Virus record (IMG/VR): IMGVR_UViG_3300021476_000006
Span: 1 to 47,237 of that record
Direction: 5' to 3' (one strand)
Length of the DNA: 47,237 nucleotides
Source of the DNA: a virus
Taxonomy: Duplodnaviria; Caudoviricetes
In this document: positions 25,186 to 35,276 of the stretch, in pieces
Layout of the letters: each line of letters begins with the position of its first letter
Position numbering within the stretch: position 1 is the stretch's first letter
The notes under the pieces: model-generated
Told to the model about the DNA's origin: nothing
The model's input: the letters and a program-made list of their open reading frames with translations, nothing else
The model's database searches: none
Program-made: the position numbers and the translations under genes

Positions 25186-25872
25186 ATGATCTACAGAGAA
25201 GGCCTCTCAACGGACAAACAAAAGGCTCGTAATACATTCTTTACTTCTATAGGTATTGGTCAGGTCGGTTTGGAGTTTACACAGGTGTGTGAGAGAGCAG
25301 ATGCCCCGAAGTTTGGGGGTAAGTTTCTTCCAAGTCCTCATCCTGATGTACCACATGAGGAATATGTGAGCCGTGTGTTTAATTCAGATAAGGAAGCCCT
25401 TATCTGGCACGCGCGGGCTCACGAAGAAGTACATGGCTCTCCCCCCAAACTACGTTCTCTAACAGGCAGACCAGAAGGACACTTATGTAAAGATCTGCTA
25501 TGGTATCGGCTATCTACCTCCCCGGACTGGTTGTGTAAACCTATTTACTTTGGGAAGACAGAGGGATTGGAGATAGGTCAAGCTGACTCTTGTCAAGTCG
25601 TTTGGCCTTATGGAGGAGTTCACGCATGTCCGGGCATGGACCTATTTCTTACTACAGGACAGAACATACTTAAGGATCAATACCGTATTATGTCCGTTGG
25701 ATCGGTTAACAGAAAGTTCTGTGTGTATACAGATCGTAAAGCAGGAGAGATTGGAGCGGTTGGATCTGGCTATGTAGAAGGTTTAATGGCTATCATATAC
25801 TTACCAGGTATTTTATCAGCACACAACCCTAAATCGCCTGATAAACCTCCCATTCTTAGGAGAACACAGTAA
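25186..25872 (+). CDS. hypothetical protein
   Basis: Long ORF; likely start ATG 25186. Confidence 0.55.
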   Translation: MIYREGLSTDKQKARNTFFTSIGIGQVGLEFTQVCERADAPKFGGKFLPSPHPDVPHEEYVSRVFNSDKEALIWHARAHEEVHGSPPKLRSLTGRPEGHLCKDLLWYRLSTSPDWLCKPIYFGKTEGLEIGQADSCQVVWPYGGVHACPGMDLFLTTGQNILKDQYRIMSVGSVNRKFCVYTDRKAGEIGAVGSGYVEGLMAIIYLPGILSAHNPKSPDKPPILRRTQ

Positions 25873-25882
25873 GAGGTGTATA

Positions 25883-26834
25883 ATGGTTAACCGCCCGACG
25901 AGTCGTCTGGGAAAGACAAAAGGTCGATGGATCACTATCGGCAATCCTGACCGTGATGAGGATGAGGCAGGAACGCACGTCTATATTGACGACAGTGGCA
26001 CAGTCACAGCAGGACCGGAGAGTTTGACGAACCGTCCAGTAAATCGCCTCAATCAGCCGAAACCAGCACAGTCAGAACGTCAGCGCCCAGAAACCAACGA
26101 ACCTTCTGGTATACAGAGCCGATTGGGCAAGAAGAAAAAGCCTACTAAGCTGGGTAAGTCTAAGGCGAAAATAACCTACGAGTCTAGGCTTAGTACAGAA
26201 CTTCAGGTCATAGAGAAGATTGATGCTATCGGCGGGCCTGGATTCCATAAAGATATTGCTAGCGTAGTGGGGGCTCCAGATGATGCTAAGGTAACCGTAG
26301 CAGCAGCTCAGACTTATGGAAACCGAATCTTTATTGATATCGAACATTCATCCTATAGATCTTCTCGTACATTAGAAAAATAGATCCTGACACTGGAAAA
26401 CTCTACTGTGATAACCGTGAGTTTTATATATAAGAAAGGGAATGACTGGACAAGGGCTAGGTGCTCAGGTATTCTCCAAACAGGTGGAAAACTGCATAGC
26501 CCACGGTATGTCCGACATTAGAACGTATGCTGCTAGAGGTGTGGGGGTAAACGGCTACTATACGTGGCCTCGTTTCGGATACGATGAAACCCTGACTAAG
26601 TTAGCTCTAGAAAAAACCGCATGGTGGGAACAGAACCAATCTTACATAGAACAGAATTTCCCAGGTGCTAAGTCTGTTCTGGATATAATGATCACTAAAG
26701 AGGGGAGAGACTGGTGGAAACAGAATGGCACGGAAATGGCCAGTGCGAGATTTGATCTATCAAATGGCAGCCGTTCTCGCAGAGTTCTTGAAGCCTATCT
26801 AGCAGAGCGGGCGGCACGAGGAGAATCAGCATGA
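25883..26834 (+). pseudogene. GNAT-like acetyltransferase split by two frameshifts
   Basis: N-terminal RWITI...HVYID..G...GP motif; C-terminal GQGLG acetyl-CoA motif and NGYYTWPRFGYD. A linking frame IDPDTGKLYCDNREFY is restored by removing AA (about 26376) and TA (about 26426). Confidence 0.6.
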
Positions 26835-26862
26835 TTGCTCCTCACTCACATTAGGAGGCATT

Positions 26863-27048
26863 ATGGGACCGGCAGTTTTGACGGGCGGCGGAGATCCGTT
26901 TGACGACGGTGATAGTGGATATCCAGAAGTGACTGAACAGGATCTAGAAGGTGTAGAGGGTCATGAGGAGATTTATCTGACTCCAGAACAGGAAGATGCT
27001 CTTGACGCAGCCTGGGACAGTCTCGAATTCGAGGACGGAGCCAAATAA
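26863..27048 (+). CDS. small acidic protein
   Basis: AGGAGG SD; follows the GNAT-like gene. Confidence 0.5.
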   Translation: MGPAVLTGGGDPFDDGDSGYPEVTEQDLEGVEGHEEIYLTPEQEDALDAAWDSLEFEDGAK

Positions 27049-27244
27049 GTCCCTACAAATACCAGAACAGTGTCTGTGCTGGTAAAGATCCCTATGGCTA
27101 CAGCAACAACCATAACTCTAAGCTATGTTGTGCCCGGAGAAGGGCCTTCGCCCATCCCCGCGATGGTAGGAGAAGAGATTGATTTTACCGCTCAGCTAAG
27201 TCCAGCTAATGCTACCGGTAATGTTGTGCTCTAGGAGAAATACC

Positions 27245-27424
27245 ATGTCGGATTTTTTTAAGAAGTACGCCCCCACGATCCTTACGGTTGTCGGCGTTAT
27301 TGTTACTGCTGCTACCCCACAGATCCAGGCGTACTTGTCGGCGCATCCCACGTTTGCTACATTCTTGTTTGGACTTGGGACCATATTCGCTCACTTCTAC
27401 CCATCCCCTATCAAACCCTCATAA
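27245..27424 (+). CDS. small two-TM membrane protein, holin-like
   Basis: AGGAG SD; two hydrophobic helices in 59 aa. Confidence 0.45.
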   Translation: MSDFFKKYAPTILTVVGVIVTAATPQIQAYLSAHPTFATFLFGLGTIFAHFYPSPIKPS

Positions 27425-27437
27425 AGGGGGTGAGAGA

Positions 27438-27647
27438 GTGAACGATTACCTTGTAATCGCCCTTATCGTTCTTTCTGTATCAAACTCTGTGTTCGTATCG
27501 TGTGTTCCACTCCTGTTCTGGCGGCTCTTCAAGGATGAGGACCGTCAACGACGTTTCAGGGTAGAGTATAACAAGAAGATCGACGCTCTAGATAAGACTC
27601 TCGTGCAGCTTCTAAAAATGGCCGGATTAAAGAAGGATGAGGAATGA
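27438..27647 (+). CDS. small membrane protein
   Basis: GTG start; N-terminal TM and charged tail. Confidence 0.45.
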   Translation: MNDYLVIALIVLSVSNSVFVSCVPLLFWRLFKDEDRQRRFRVEYNKKIDALDKTLVQLLKMAGLKKDEE

Positions 27648-28066
27648 CTAACGCGGTCAAGACAGGACGCCCGTGCTGCTATAGGGGGCACCCGTACGTA
27701 GAAGGAAGTTTCTTCTACGATAAGCACGGGCACAAATGCTGCCGTCAATGTCATAAGATTCGTGCTGAGACAAACAATGGACCTACATTCTGCTCAGAAT
27801 GTGGAAAGAAATGCCATAGGCCATATTCCCGCAGAGAACCTTTGTGTCGCAATTGTCGTCTAAAAGCTACTTACAGGATGTTCCGAAATCGTCACGCCTC
27901 CTTGCTGGGGGCGGCGGACAGGGAAAGATCCCCAGAGGAGCAAGCTATTATTAGCGAGCACGTGATCATATACGAATATCGATACGATAGAGGATTAGAC
28001 CTCTATACGGGTAAGCCTCTTCCTCCAGAAGATTTTGTGGAGAATAACGGATATGTCAGACCCTAG
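27644..28066 (+). CDS. Cys-rich zinc-finger protein
   Basis: CYRGH...CRQC, CSEC...CRNC motifs. Confidence 0.55.
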   Translation: MTNAVKTGRPCCYRGHPYVEGSFFYDKHGHKCCRQCHKIRAETNNGPTFCSECGKKCHRPYSRREPLCRNCRLKATYRMFRNRHASLLGAADRERSPEEQAIISEHVIIYEYRYDRGLDLYTGKPLPPEDFVENNGYVRP

Positions 28067-28116
28067 CGGGGCATTCAAGATCCCAGAGGAACATCAGCTA
28101 TCATAAGGACAATCTG

Positions 28117-28724
28117 ATGAAGTCAAACCAAACCGGCGTGTATGCGATCCTCAATAATGTCTCTGGAAAGGTATACGTAGGAAGCGGAAGCGGTATTCGG
28201 GGAATGCACAAAAGAAGACTTGATCACTGGGAATCATTGTACGCAGGTTTACATTACAATCCTCATCTGCAAAAGGCATGGAATAAGTACGGTGCCTCAG
28301 CCTTTGAATTTTTAGTCTTAGAAGAATGTGGACCCCAGGATTGCGTCAAATGCGAACAATGGTGGATAGGTTGCCTAAAGTCTTCTAACCGAGAGTGCTG
28401 GTATAACTTAAGTCCTACCGCAGGTAGCCCCCTAGGTGTAAAACATTCTGTAGAGACGAGAAGAAAGATGTCTCTTAGTAAAATCGGCACTACGGACATT
28501 TTCATACGGATGAAGCTAAGAAGAAAATGTCGGTAGCTCGCCGGGGAAAGTACTCTGGAGAAAAACATCCGCGCGCTATTTTGACTGATCGTATTGTGCG
28601 CCATATACGATCTTTAGCGTATTATCATGGTCTGTACGCTAGACTTGCCAGACAGTACGATGTAAGTGCCAGTGAGATTAGTGATATCTATAGAGGAAAA
28701 GCATGGAAACTCGCAAGACATTGA
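28117..28724 (+). pseudogene. GIY-YIG/NUMOD3 homing endonuclease, frameshifted near 28488
   Basis: GVYAI...KVYVGS...HLQKAWNKYG...EQWWI...YN. The second NUMOD3 (HTDEAKKKMS) and the HTH tail are in another frame. Confidence 0.8.
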
Positions 28725-28984
28725 AATTCAACGAGTGGGGAACATGCTGGTTGGGAGAGCCCGGCACTGGACCAGCAATCTTCACGTCCCCAGATGGTAA
28801 AAGTAAGAGGACAAGAGGGTGCCAGCCAAGCAAATTCTTTGTCAGTGATGGACTGAATGGAGCTGGAGTTCTGCTCTGTAACACTGGCATCCAGTACTTT
28901 GATACCCCTGAAGAAGCCCATAGTGCGCTTATGGATCATCGCCAGAAGGCAGTTCGTCTGGTTAGATTCCCGGAGAAAGGGTAG
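28703..28984 (+). CDS. hypothetical protein
   Basis: GAGG SD; ORF between the two GIY-YIG genes. Confidence 0.4.
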   Translation: METRKTLKFNEWGTCWLGEPGTGPAIFTSPDGKSKRTRGCQPSKFFVSDGLNGAGVLLCNTGIQYFDTPEEAHSALMDHRQKAVRLVRFPEKG

Positions 28985-29083
28985 ACTTAGTAGAGCGGAA
29001 GGTTCATCGGCACCCACATGCGGCACCCCGTATAGAACCCGTTGGTTAACTACCGACGGGTTTTCGTGTTTAGGGAGACTCGA

Positions 29084-29788
29084 ATGCAGACTGGAGTGTA
29101 CGGGATCTTTAATTTGGTGAATGGGAAGGTCTACATAGGTAGTTCCGAATATAACTTCAAATCACGGTGGAATAGGCATAGATCCGAATTGAGAAAACAC
29201 ATCGCTAGGAAACACCTACAAGCCGCCTGGAACAAGTACGGCGAGAAAAACTTCAATTTCCGAGTTTTAGACAGATGCCCACCCGATGAATACCTAGTTA
29301 AGGAACAGCAGTGGATCGACCTTTATCTGGCTTATGATAGGGATTTGGGATACAACACTTCTCCTACAGCAGGAAGCAATAAAGGACTTCATCCATCTAA
29401 AAATACAAAGGCAAAAACGTCGGCAGCTATGAAAGGAGTGAAGAAGAGTGAGGAACATTGTCGGCACATATCTGAGGGCCGAAAGGGCAAGGTTGTTATT
29501 TTGGAAGAGCAAAGGAAAAAGATAGCAAAGGGGGTTAGAAAACATTGGAACAGCCTAGATACTGCGTCGAAAAAGTTGGCAGTTCAAGCAATGCTAGATA
29601 GTAATTTGGGGGAAGGCAACTGTAACGCAGTTCTCACTGAAGAAGACGTGCGATACATCCGTAGTCTACCTTATCGACACGGTTTATTCACTAGATTAGC
29701 AAAGCAGTTTAATGTCCACCGATGTACTATCGCAAGGGCTTATAGTCAACAAGTATGGCAACATGTTGACGGCCAAGGTAGATCCTAA
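29084..29788 (+). CDS. GIY-YIG homing endonuclease with NUMOD3 and HTH tail
   Basis: GVYGI...KVYIGSS...RW..H...LQAAWNKYG...EQQWID...GYN; GGGAG SD; paralogous to the 28117 pseudogene. Confidence 0.88.
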   Translation: MQTGVYGIFNLVNGKVYIGSSEYNFKSRWNRHRSELRKHIARKHLQAAWNKYGEKNFNFRVLDRCPPDEYLVKEQQWIDLYLAYDRDLGYNTSPTAGSNKGLHPSKNTKAKTSAAMKGVKKSEEHCRHISEGRKGKVVILEEQRKKIAKGVRKHWNSLDTASKKLAVQAMLDSNLGEGNCNAVLTEEDVRYIRSLPYRHGLFTRLAKQFNVHRCTIARAYSQQVWQHVDGQGRS

Positions 29789-32266
29789 ATGCTCGAATGC
29801 GAAAAATACCTAAATGCTCTTCGGAGTAATTATATCTCTAAAAGGGCAAGTCGTGGAGAAAAAGTTCTCGGCAGTTTGTTCCCCACTAGAGGCACCGGCT
29901 GGCCTGGTGGGTGGTCACAAGACAGATTAGAGCAGGTTTTACATCTCAAAAATTGGATTTTTTGCGCAATCGATACTATTCTCTGCAAAACGGCTTCCAT
30001 TACTCCTAATATGGCTTATGTAGTTGATAAGCCAATCCGTGGAGTGACCACGAAAGCTTGCCAGCGGGGCATGCTCAACTCTCAAGGTCAAGGGTTTGGT
30101 GGAAGCTATCAAACTAAATGGGGGGCAGATGGGGCTAGTCTAACACGTCAGCATGCCTACCGCCAGATGAATCACCAATTTAATGGGGGAGTGACGGTAT
30201 CCGACGGCGGACACTCTTGGATGACGATTGGCGAATATCGTTCGAAAGCCCTATCTGTAGTTAAACCTCATGAAGAACTGGAGCCGTTGGAGAATGACCA
30301 TCCTCTCAGAAGGCTCTGGGAAAACCCAAATCCTGTGGACACCTCTTTTGACATTGCCTACGAGCTGGGCATGTTTGAAGAGCTATGTGGAGTTTCTTAT
30401 GAATGGCTCGTGCCAAACGATTGGGGAATCCCCTGCGAACGTTGGTGTATCCCATCCCATTGGGTATGGCCGCGAACAGGCGGTGGGCGTTACGTATCGC
30501 CCGAGCATCCATACGCTGACCAGCTTATCCAGTACTACGAAGTACGCCCGTGGGGAGGTATGGGAAGTGCTGGAATGCTCAAACTACCCCCAAACGAAGT
30601 GATCATGACGCGCTGGAAAAGCCCAATCAATAAGATTGACGGCTACAGCAAACTATCGGCTATCGCACAATGGATAGACTCTGAAGAGAGTATCTCAAAG
30701 TCTCGGTGGTCGCAGTTCATCAACCAGGCGCGCCCAGAACTGTGGGTAGAGCTAGCTCCAGGCTACGAAGACCCAAACGATGACAGAATCTCGCGCATCG
30801 AAGCCAAGTTCGCAGCGAAGTTCCAAGGAGAATTCAACTACGGACGCCCACTTATCACTCCTCCGGGCGCGAAGGTCACGCCGTTGTCATTTAACCCTAC
30901 TGAGATGGCTTATGTGGACAGCGAGGAACAAATACGGGATATGATCCTGGCGACATGGAGAGTTCCTCCGGCTGCTGTGGGAATCGTAAAAGAGATGACA
31001 TATGGATCAATATTAGCCACTCTTATGTCTCTTCATAGCTTCTGTATTAATCCCAGGCTGGTTATGCGGGGACAAACGTATACCAAGCATCTTGCAGTGA
31101 GGTGGAACCGTCCAGGGAAGAACGTCCGGCTCTGGTGGGATGACACAACACCAGCCGATCCCGACCAAGTCAACAAAGACATTGCCCAAGATATAGCCTC
31201 TTACGCTATAACGCCGAATGAGGTTCGTGCTCTGCGTGGGCGCAAGTCATATATGTTTGCTGGTGATGCCCCTTGGGTTCAGGGACCTGGTGGACCTATG
31301 CCTCTACCAGTTAACGAAGCAGGATCTCTGGAAGAGTTAGCTCGTATGGCAGCCCCTATGGCGAACCTGGGTAGCGAGGGAAGAAATGGAGAAGGTAGAG
31401 AACAACCCTCAGTTCCTGGCGCCGTCGGTAAGCCGGAAAACAACTTAGACAACATGCACACCAACGGAGAGCCAGAGGAATCTGGTTATTACGATAATGA
31501 TATGTCACCAGGAATAGAGGAACCAAATGGAGAGGTTCAAGAAGCTGTGCAGCCTGGTGAGTTTGAGGGTGAGATCACTAAGGACGAAACCTCTTATGAC
31601 TGCTATCAGAGAGAGTATACCTATTTTCAGAAGCAGTACCAGAATATAAACAGTCATAGGCATCCAGTCGAAAAGGATTTGGTAGACCTGGCTGGTAGAT
31701 TTTTCGCTCTAGAGAAGATAGAGACCAAAGCCAAGAGCACGGAAAGGCTGGACGTAGAAAGAGAACGCACCAAACAGAAAGAAGCTTGGGCACGAGCGAA
31801 AGAGGCGCAAGCGTTGGCTGATAAGGCCAAATATGAGGCTGAAATGAGAAAAGCTCCGCCGGTAACTCAGATCCATAACCATATTCCCAAAGCGGCAGAT
31901 ACATATGTCTCGGTCGGGCAACCTCATAATGAAATCCATCTTCCAGAACAATCTCCTCCGAACGTAGAGGCACATTTCCACAACGAAGTTAACGTGCCGG
32001 AACAAGCTACGCCGATAGTCCATAATGTCATCCAACCGGCGGAACAGAAAGCTCCGGTAGTCAACAACACCATTCAGGTTCCTCAGCAACCTGCGCCGGT
32101 AGTTCAGAACACCGTGAACATCCCTGATCAGCCTGCGCCAGTAGTTCACAACGAGATTAAGACAGCTCCGGCGCGAGTGGTTATCAAAGAATCTAAGAAA
32201 GAGCTAAAGATCAAACGCGATAAGGATGGCAATTTGATCAGCGCTACTCTGGAGACAAAGGAATGA
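29789..32266 (+). CDS. HK97-type portal protein with long C-terminal extension
   Basis: HPLRRLWENPNP, DGYSKL, F.NQARP, IRDMILATWRVPP, ITPNEVRALRG; followed by acidic and P-x-Q-x-P-V-V-x-N repeat regions. Confidence 0.88.
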   Translation: MLECEKYLNALRSNYISKRASRGEKVLGSLFPTRGTGWPGGWSQDRLEQVLHLKNWIFCAIDTILCKTASITPNMAYVVDKPIRGVTTKACQRGMLNSQGQGFGGSYQTKWGADGASLTRQHAYRQMNHQFNGGVTVSDGGHSWMTIGEYRSKALSVVKPHEELEPLENDHPLRRLWENPNPVDTSFDIAYELGMFEELCGVSYEWLVPNDWGIPCERWCIPSHWVWPRTGGGRYVSPEHPYADQLIQYYEVRPWGGMGSAGMLKLPPNEVIMTRWKSPINKIDGYSKLSAIAQWIDSEESISKSRWSQFINQARPELWVELAPGYEDPNDDRISRIEAKFAAKFQGEFNYGRPLITPPGAKVTPLSFNPTEMAYVDSEEQIRDMILATWRVPPAAVGIVKEMTYGSILATLMSLHSFCINPRLVMRGQTYTKHLAVRWNRPGKNVRLWWDDTTPADPDQVNKDIAQDIASYAITPNEVRALRGRKSYMFAGDAPWVQGPGGPMPLPVNEAGSLEELARMAAPMANLGSEGRNGEGREQPSVPGAVGKPENNLDNMHTNGEPEESGYYDNDMSPGIEEPNGEVQEAVQPGEFEGEITKDETSYDCYQREYTYFQKQYQNINSHRHPVEKDLVDLAGRFFALEKIETKAKSTERLDVERERTKQKEAWARAKEAQALADKAKYEAEMRKAPPVTQIHNHIPKAADTYVSVGQPHNEIHLPEQSPPNVEAHFHNEVNVPEQATPIVHNVIQPAEQKAPVVNNTIQVPQQPAPVVQNTVNIPDQPAPVVHNEIKTAPARVVIKESKKELKIKRDKDGNLISATLETKE
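31921..32160 (+). repeat. about 13-aa repeats in the portal tail
   Basis: VPEQATPIVHN, PAEQKAPVVNN, VPQQPAPVVQN, IPDQPAPVVHN. Confidence 0.8.
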
Positions 32267-32703
32267 CCGAAGGAGAATTCCACTACTTCCACAGCTTTAT
32301 AGCTGATGCAATGAATGGAGTATTTGATCTAGAGAGAGATACTCTGAAGGTAATGCTAACAAATACAAAGCCATCTCCGCTAGACCGTTACAGAGAGGAT
32401 ATAGAGGAAATAGAGCCTGGCAACGGCTACCGAAGAGGAGGAGAGAAACTACATATCCTCTATTCTTCTCAGGAAGGTGGGATATACAGTCTTATTCCCA
32501 GAGAGGACGTGGTATTCACTCCTAAAAGTAGGAAATTCATCGGGCCGTTTCGATACGTAGTGTTATATGATGACACGGCACATAGGAATAACCTAATAGG
32601 CTGGTGGGAATATGGATTTTCGGTGCAGATCAATCTAGGGACAGGACCGTTCCGGCTGGACTTAGATAATGAAACACCATTAATACAAGCATCTTTTGAA
32701 TGA
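32263..32703 (+). CDS. putative virion structural protein
   Basis: DL..DTLKVMLTN...Y..GG...IGPFRYVVLYDDT...LIGWW.YG pattern seen in phage structural regions. Confidence 0.6.
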   Translation: MTEGEFHYFHSFIADAMNGVFDLERDTLKVMLTNTKPSPLDRYREDIEEIEPGNGYRRGGEKLHILYSSQEGGIYSLIPREDVVFTPKSRKFIGPFRYVVLYDDTAHRNNLIGWWEYGFSVQINLGTGPFRLDLDNETPLIQASFE

Positions 32704-32713
32704 GGCTGAGTAA

Positions 32714-33034
32714 ATGTCTGCTGCACTTACACCTACCGGACAGTTCATAGCTATCGTAGATGCTTTCGTCCAGGTTGTTCCTAACCAGAACGGACCGGCG
32801 ATAGACAATAGCTCTATCACACAGGATTCTGGACAGATAGCTTACAGACAGCGTATGAATCTGTCTGACCCGTCTCAGCCTGATGCTCATACGAGTGTCC
32901 TGAATAGAGACCCCCTTAGTACAGAATTTGGTCCAATAACCCGTGACCCTTACGGACCAGCAATTGTAAACCTTCTCCAACAGCTATTAAATGCAATCCA
33001 AGAGTTTCAGCAGGTATTTTACGGTAAGTTATAA
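32714..33034 (+). CDS. hypothetical protein
   Basis: GAGG SD; in the structural operon. Confidence 0.55.
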   Translation: MSAALTPTGQFIAIVDAFVQVVPNQNGPAIDNSSITQDSGQIAYRQRMNLSDPSQPDAHTSVLNRDPLSTEFGPITRDPYGPAIVNLLQQLLNAIQEFQQVFYGKL

Positions 33035-33051
33035 AGTGGAGGTAACTAACT

Positions 33052-33798
33052 ATGCCAGGTATGGACGTAAACCCAGCCGGGTTAATTTCCAGGGGTCTCC
33101 CACAACCTATTGCCGACGGACAAACTCCTATTATCCCGAGATGGGGTCGGTATCGGGAACAAACAGTAATACCACTCTATCCTAACTTTGCAGCTCTCTG
33201 TGACGAGGGTACGTATTACACAGCTACGAATGCTACTCCGGGTACAGCCGTAAGTTACTCTATTACCGCCGCATTTGCTGATACAGCCGCAATGATCACA
33301 ATGCGTAATGGTGATGGAACAGGCGGTAAGAGACTTTACTTGGATTACATTCGTATTATCCAGGGAGCTACTGTACCGGCTTCTTCTACAGCCGGGCAGT
33401 TTGCCTGTAAATTAGATGTCAGTTTAAGGGCTACGGCTGGTACAACTAGCACACCCCAGAATCCTAACCTAGATGTATCTCAGTCAGCATCTATTATGGA
33501 CTTCCGCTTTACACCTACCGTAACAGCGGCTAGCGGTGCTGCAAGATTAGTATCCAGGGGGGTAATGCGATCTGTACTTCCGGTAATTAATGATGAATGG
33601 GTATTTGCATTTGGCACGGTAGAAAAGTCGGCTGGTATCTTGTTAGGTGGTACTGTAGCACAACGTATGATTATTCCTTGTCCACCAGTTATCCTTGGCC
33701 CAGGTAACAATCACACATTCCTACTTCATGTATGGTTTCCCGGTAATGCTACCACGGCGGGTAACTTTGAGTACGAAGCAGGTTGGTGGGAGCGATAA
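33052..33798 (+). CDS. beta-rich putative structural protein, paralogue 1 of 3
   Basis: GGAGG SD; shares RWGRYRE, DEG(T/S)Y, GGKR(L/I)Y.D and GWWER with the next two genes. Confidence 0.65.
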   Translation: MPGMDVNPAGLISRGLPQPIADGQTPIIPRWGRYREQTVIPLYPNFAALCDEGTYYTATNATPGTAVSYSITAAFADTAAMITMRNGDGTGGKRLYLDYIRIIQGATVPASSTAGQFACKLDVSLRATAGTTSTPQNPNLDVSQSASIMDFRFTPTVTAASGAARLVSRGVMRSVLPVINDEWVFAFGTVEKSAGILLGGTVAQRMIIPCPPVILGPGNNHTFLLHVWFPGNATTAGNFEYEAGWWER

Positions 33799-33801
33799 AG
33801 T

Positions 33802-34542
33802 ATGGCATTTGATATTAACCCTAGGGGATTAGTATCTAGACAGAGACCACAAGTTTCTATGAGGGACACAACTCCGTCTACCCCTCGCTGGGGACGGTAT
33901 AGAGAGCCTTACGTTATATCTCTGATCCCCAACTATCATCCATTTAGTGATGAGGGTTCTTACTTCGTTGTAACTAATAAGACTCCAGGAGTATCAGTCC
34001 CTTACACTGTATCAGGATCTGTATTCAGTGATACGATTGCGATGATAACACTGTACAATACGGATGTATTAGGTGGTAAGCGTATTTATCCCGATTACAT
34101 AAGAATCATACAGAGTCCTACCCTACCTACTAGTCCCTCGTTTGTGCACGTACAAGCTAAACTTGATGTTGTACAACGTGCTACTGGAGGAACACCATCT
34201 GTTCCTGTAAATGTTAATGAAGATAGTGACGCTACTTCCATAGCGCAGTTTCTGTGGACACCTATTGTCTCTTCACCGGTCTTACTCACTTGGATAGTGG
34301 GGAATATGTTGGTACGAATGAATGGTCCTGTAGCTAATGATGAATGGTTATTTATATTCGGCCCTATAGATAGACCAATGGGGGGTTTAGCCATGAATAC
34401 AGCCACAGCAACTAGAAATGTGCAACCTTTTGCTCCGGTAGCTATTGACCCAGGATGTACATTTTTATTGCATGTTATTTTTGCAGACACGGGTACTCCG
34501 GTAGGTCAGTATGAGTACGAAATGGGATGGTGGGAACGATAA
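33802..34542 (+). CDS. paralogue 2 of 3
   Basis: Same motifs; ends GWWER. Confidence 0.65.
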   Translation: MAFDINPRGLVSRQRPQVSMRDTTPSTPRWGRYREPYVISLIPNYHPFSDEGSYFVVTNKTPGVSVPYTVSGSVFSDTIAMITLYNTDVLGGKRIYPDYIRIIQSPTLPTSPSFVHVQAKLDVVQRATGGTPSVPVNVNEDSDATSIAQFLWTPIVSSPVLLTWIVGNMLVRMNGPVANDEWLFIFGPIDRPMGGLAMNTATATRNVQPFAPVAIDPGCTFLLHVIFADTGTPVGQYEYEMGWWER

Positions 34543-35271
34543 ATGGCGTTTGACGTAAACCTGTTGAGTATTATAAGCAGAGATCTCCCATATCCCAGTA
34601 GAGAGGGAGGTGTGAGTGTTAACCCCAGAGCACACAGATATGGCGAGCAGTTAGTTATTCCTTATGCTAAGGGTTTCAGTGTAATAACCGATGAGGGATC
34701 GTACTTTGTCTCTGACTCCCAGGATAATGCAGTTACTTACAATCTTCCTACTTCTTTCACAGACACTACAACAACCACTTGTATTATCCGCAATACCGCA
34801 CCTATAGGTGGAAAAAGGATCTACCCCGATTTTATCTATTTTAACCCCACTTTAGTATCACTAGGAACCTCAGTACAATTCGCAATCAAACTTGACCCGG
34901 CTATACGACAAACTGATGGTACGATTTTTCCTGCACAATGTGTTAATCCTAACTTACCATCTATTTCTATAGCCAATGTACAGCTAGGACAAGGAACAAC
35001 ATCAGCACCGACCGGTGCAGCACGGTTAGTTAGTAGGGGGGTTGCTTGTGGTTCTCCTTCAGCAGGTTCTCCGCTGCTATTTATATTTGATACAGTCAAT
35101 AAGAGCCGGTCACACCTGATCGATGGTGTAAACCCATTGTTATGTATAGTACTATGTCCGCCAATAGTCTTAGGATCGGGCATCAATGCGTCTATGATCC
35201 TTCATCAGTGGAGTCCTGGTGATACGCCAGGAGTTAGTGCAGCTATAACCGTAGGATGGTGGGAAAGGTAG
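34543..35271 (+). CDS. paralogue 3 of 3
   Basis: Same motifs; ends GWWER. Confidence 0.65.
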   Translation: MAFDVNLLSIISRDLPYPSREGGVSVNPRAHRYGEQLVIPYAKGFSVITDEGSYFVSDSQDNAVTYNLPTSFTDTTTTTCIIRNTAPIGGKRIYPDFIYFNPTLVSLGTSVQFAIKLDPAIRQTDGTIFPAQCVNPNLPSISIANVQLGQGTTSAPTGAARLVSRGVACGSPSAGSPLLFIFDTVNKSRSHLIDGVNPLLCIVLCPPIVLGSGINASMILHQWSPGDTPGVSAAITVGWWER

Positions 35272-35276
35272 TGAAT

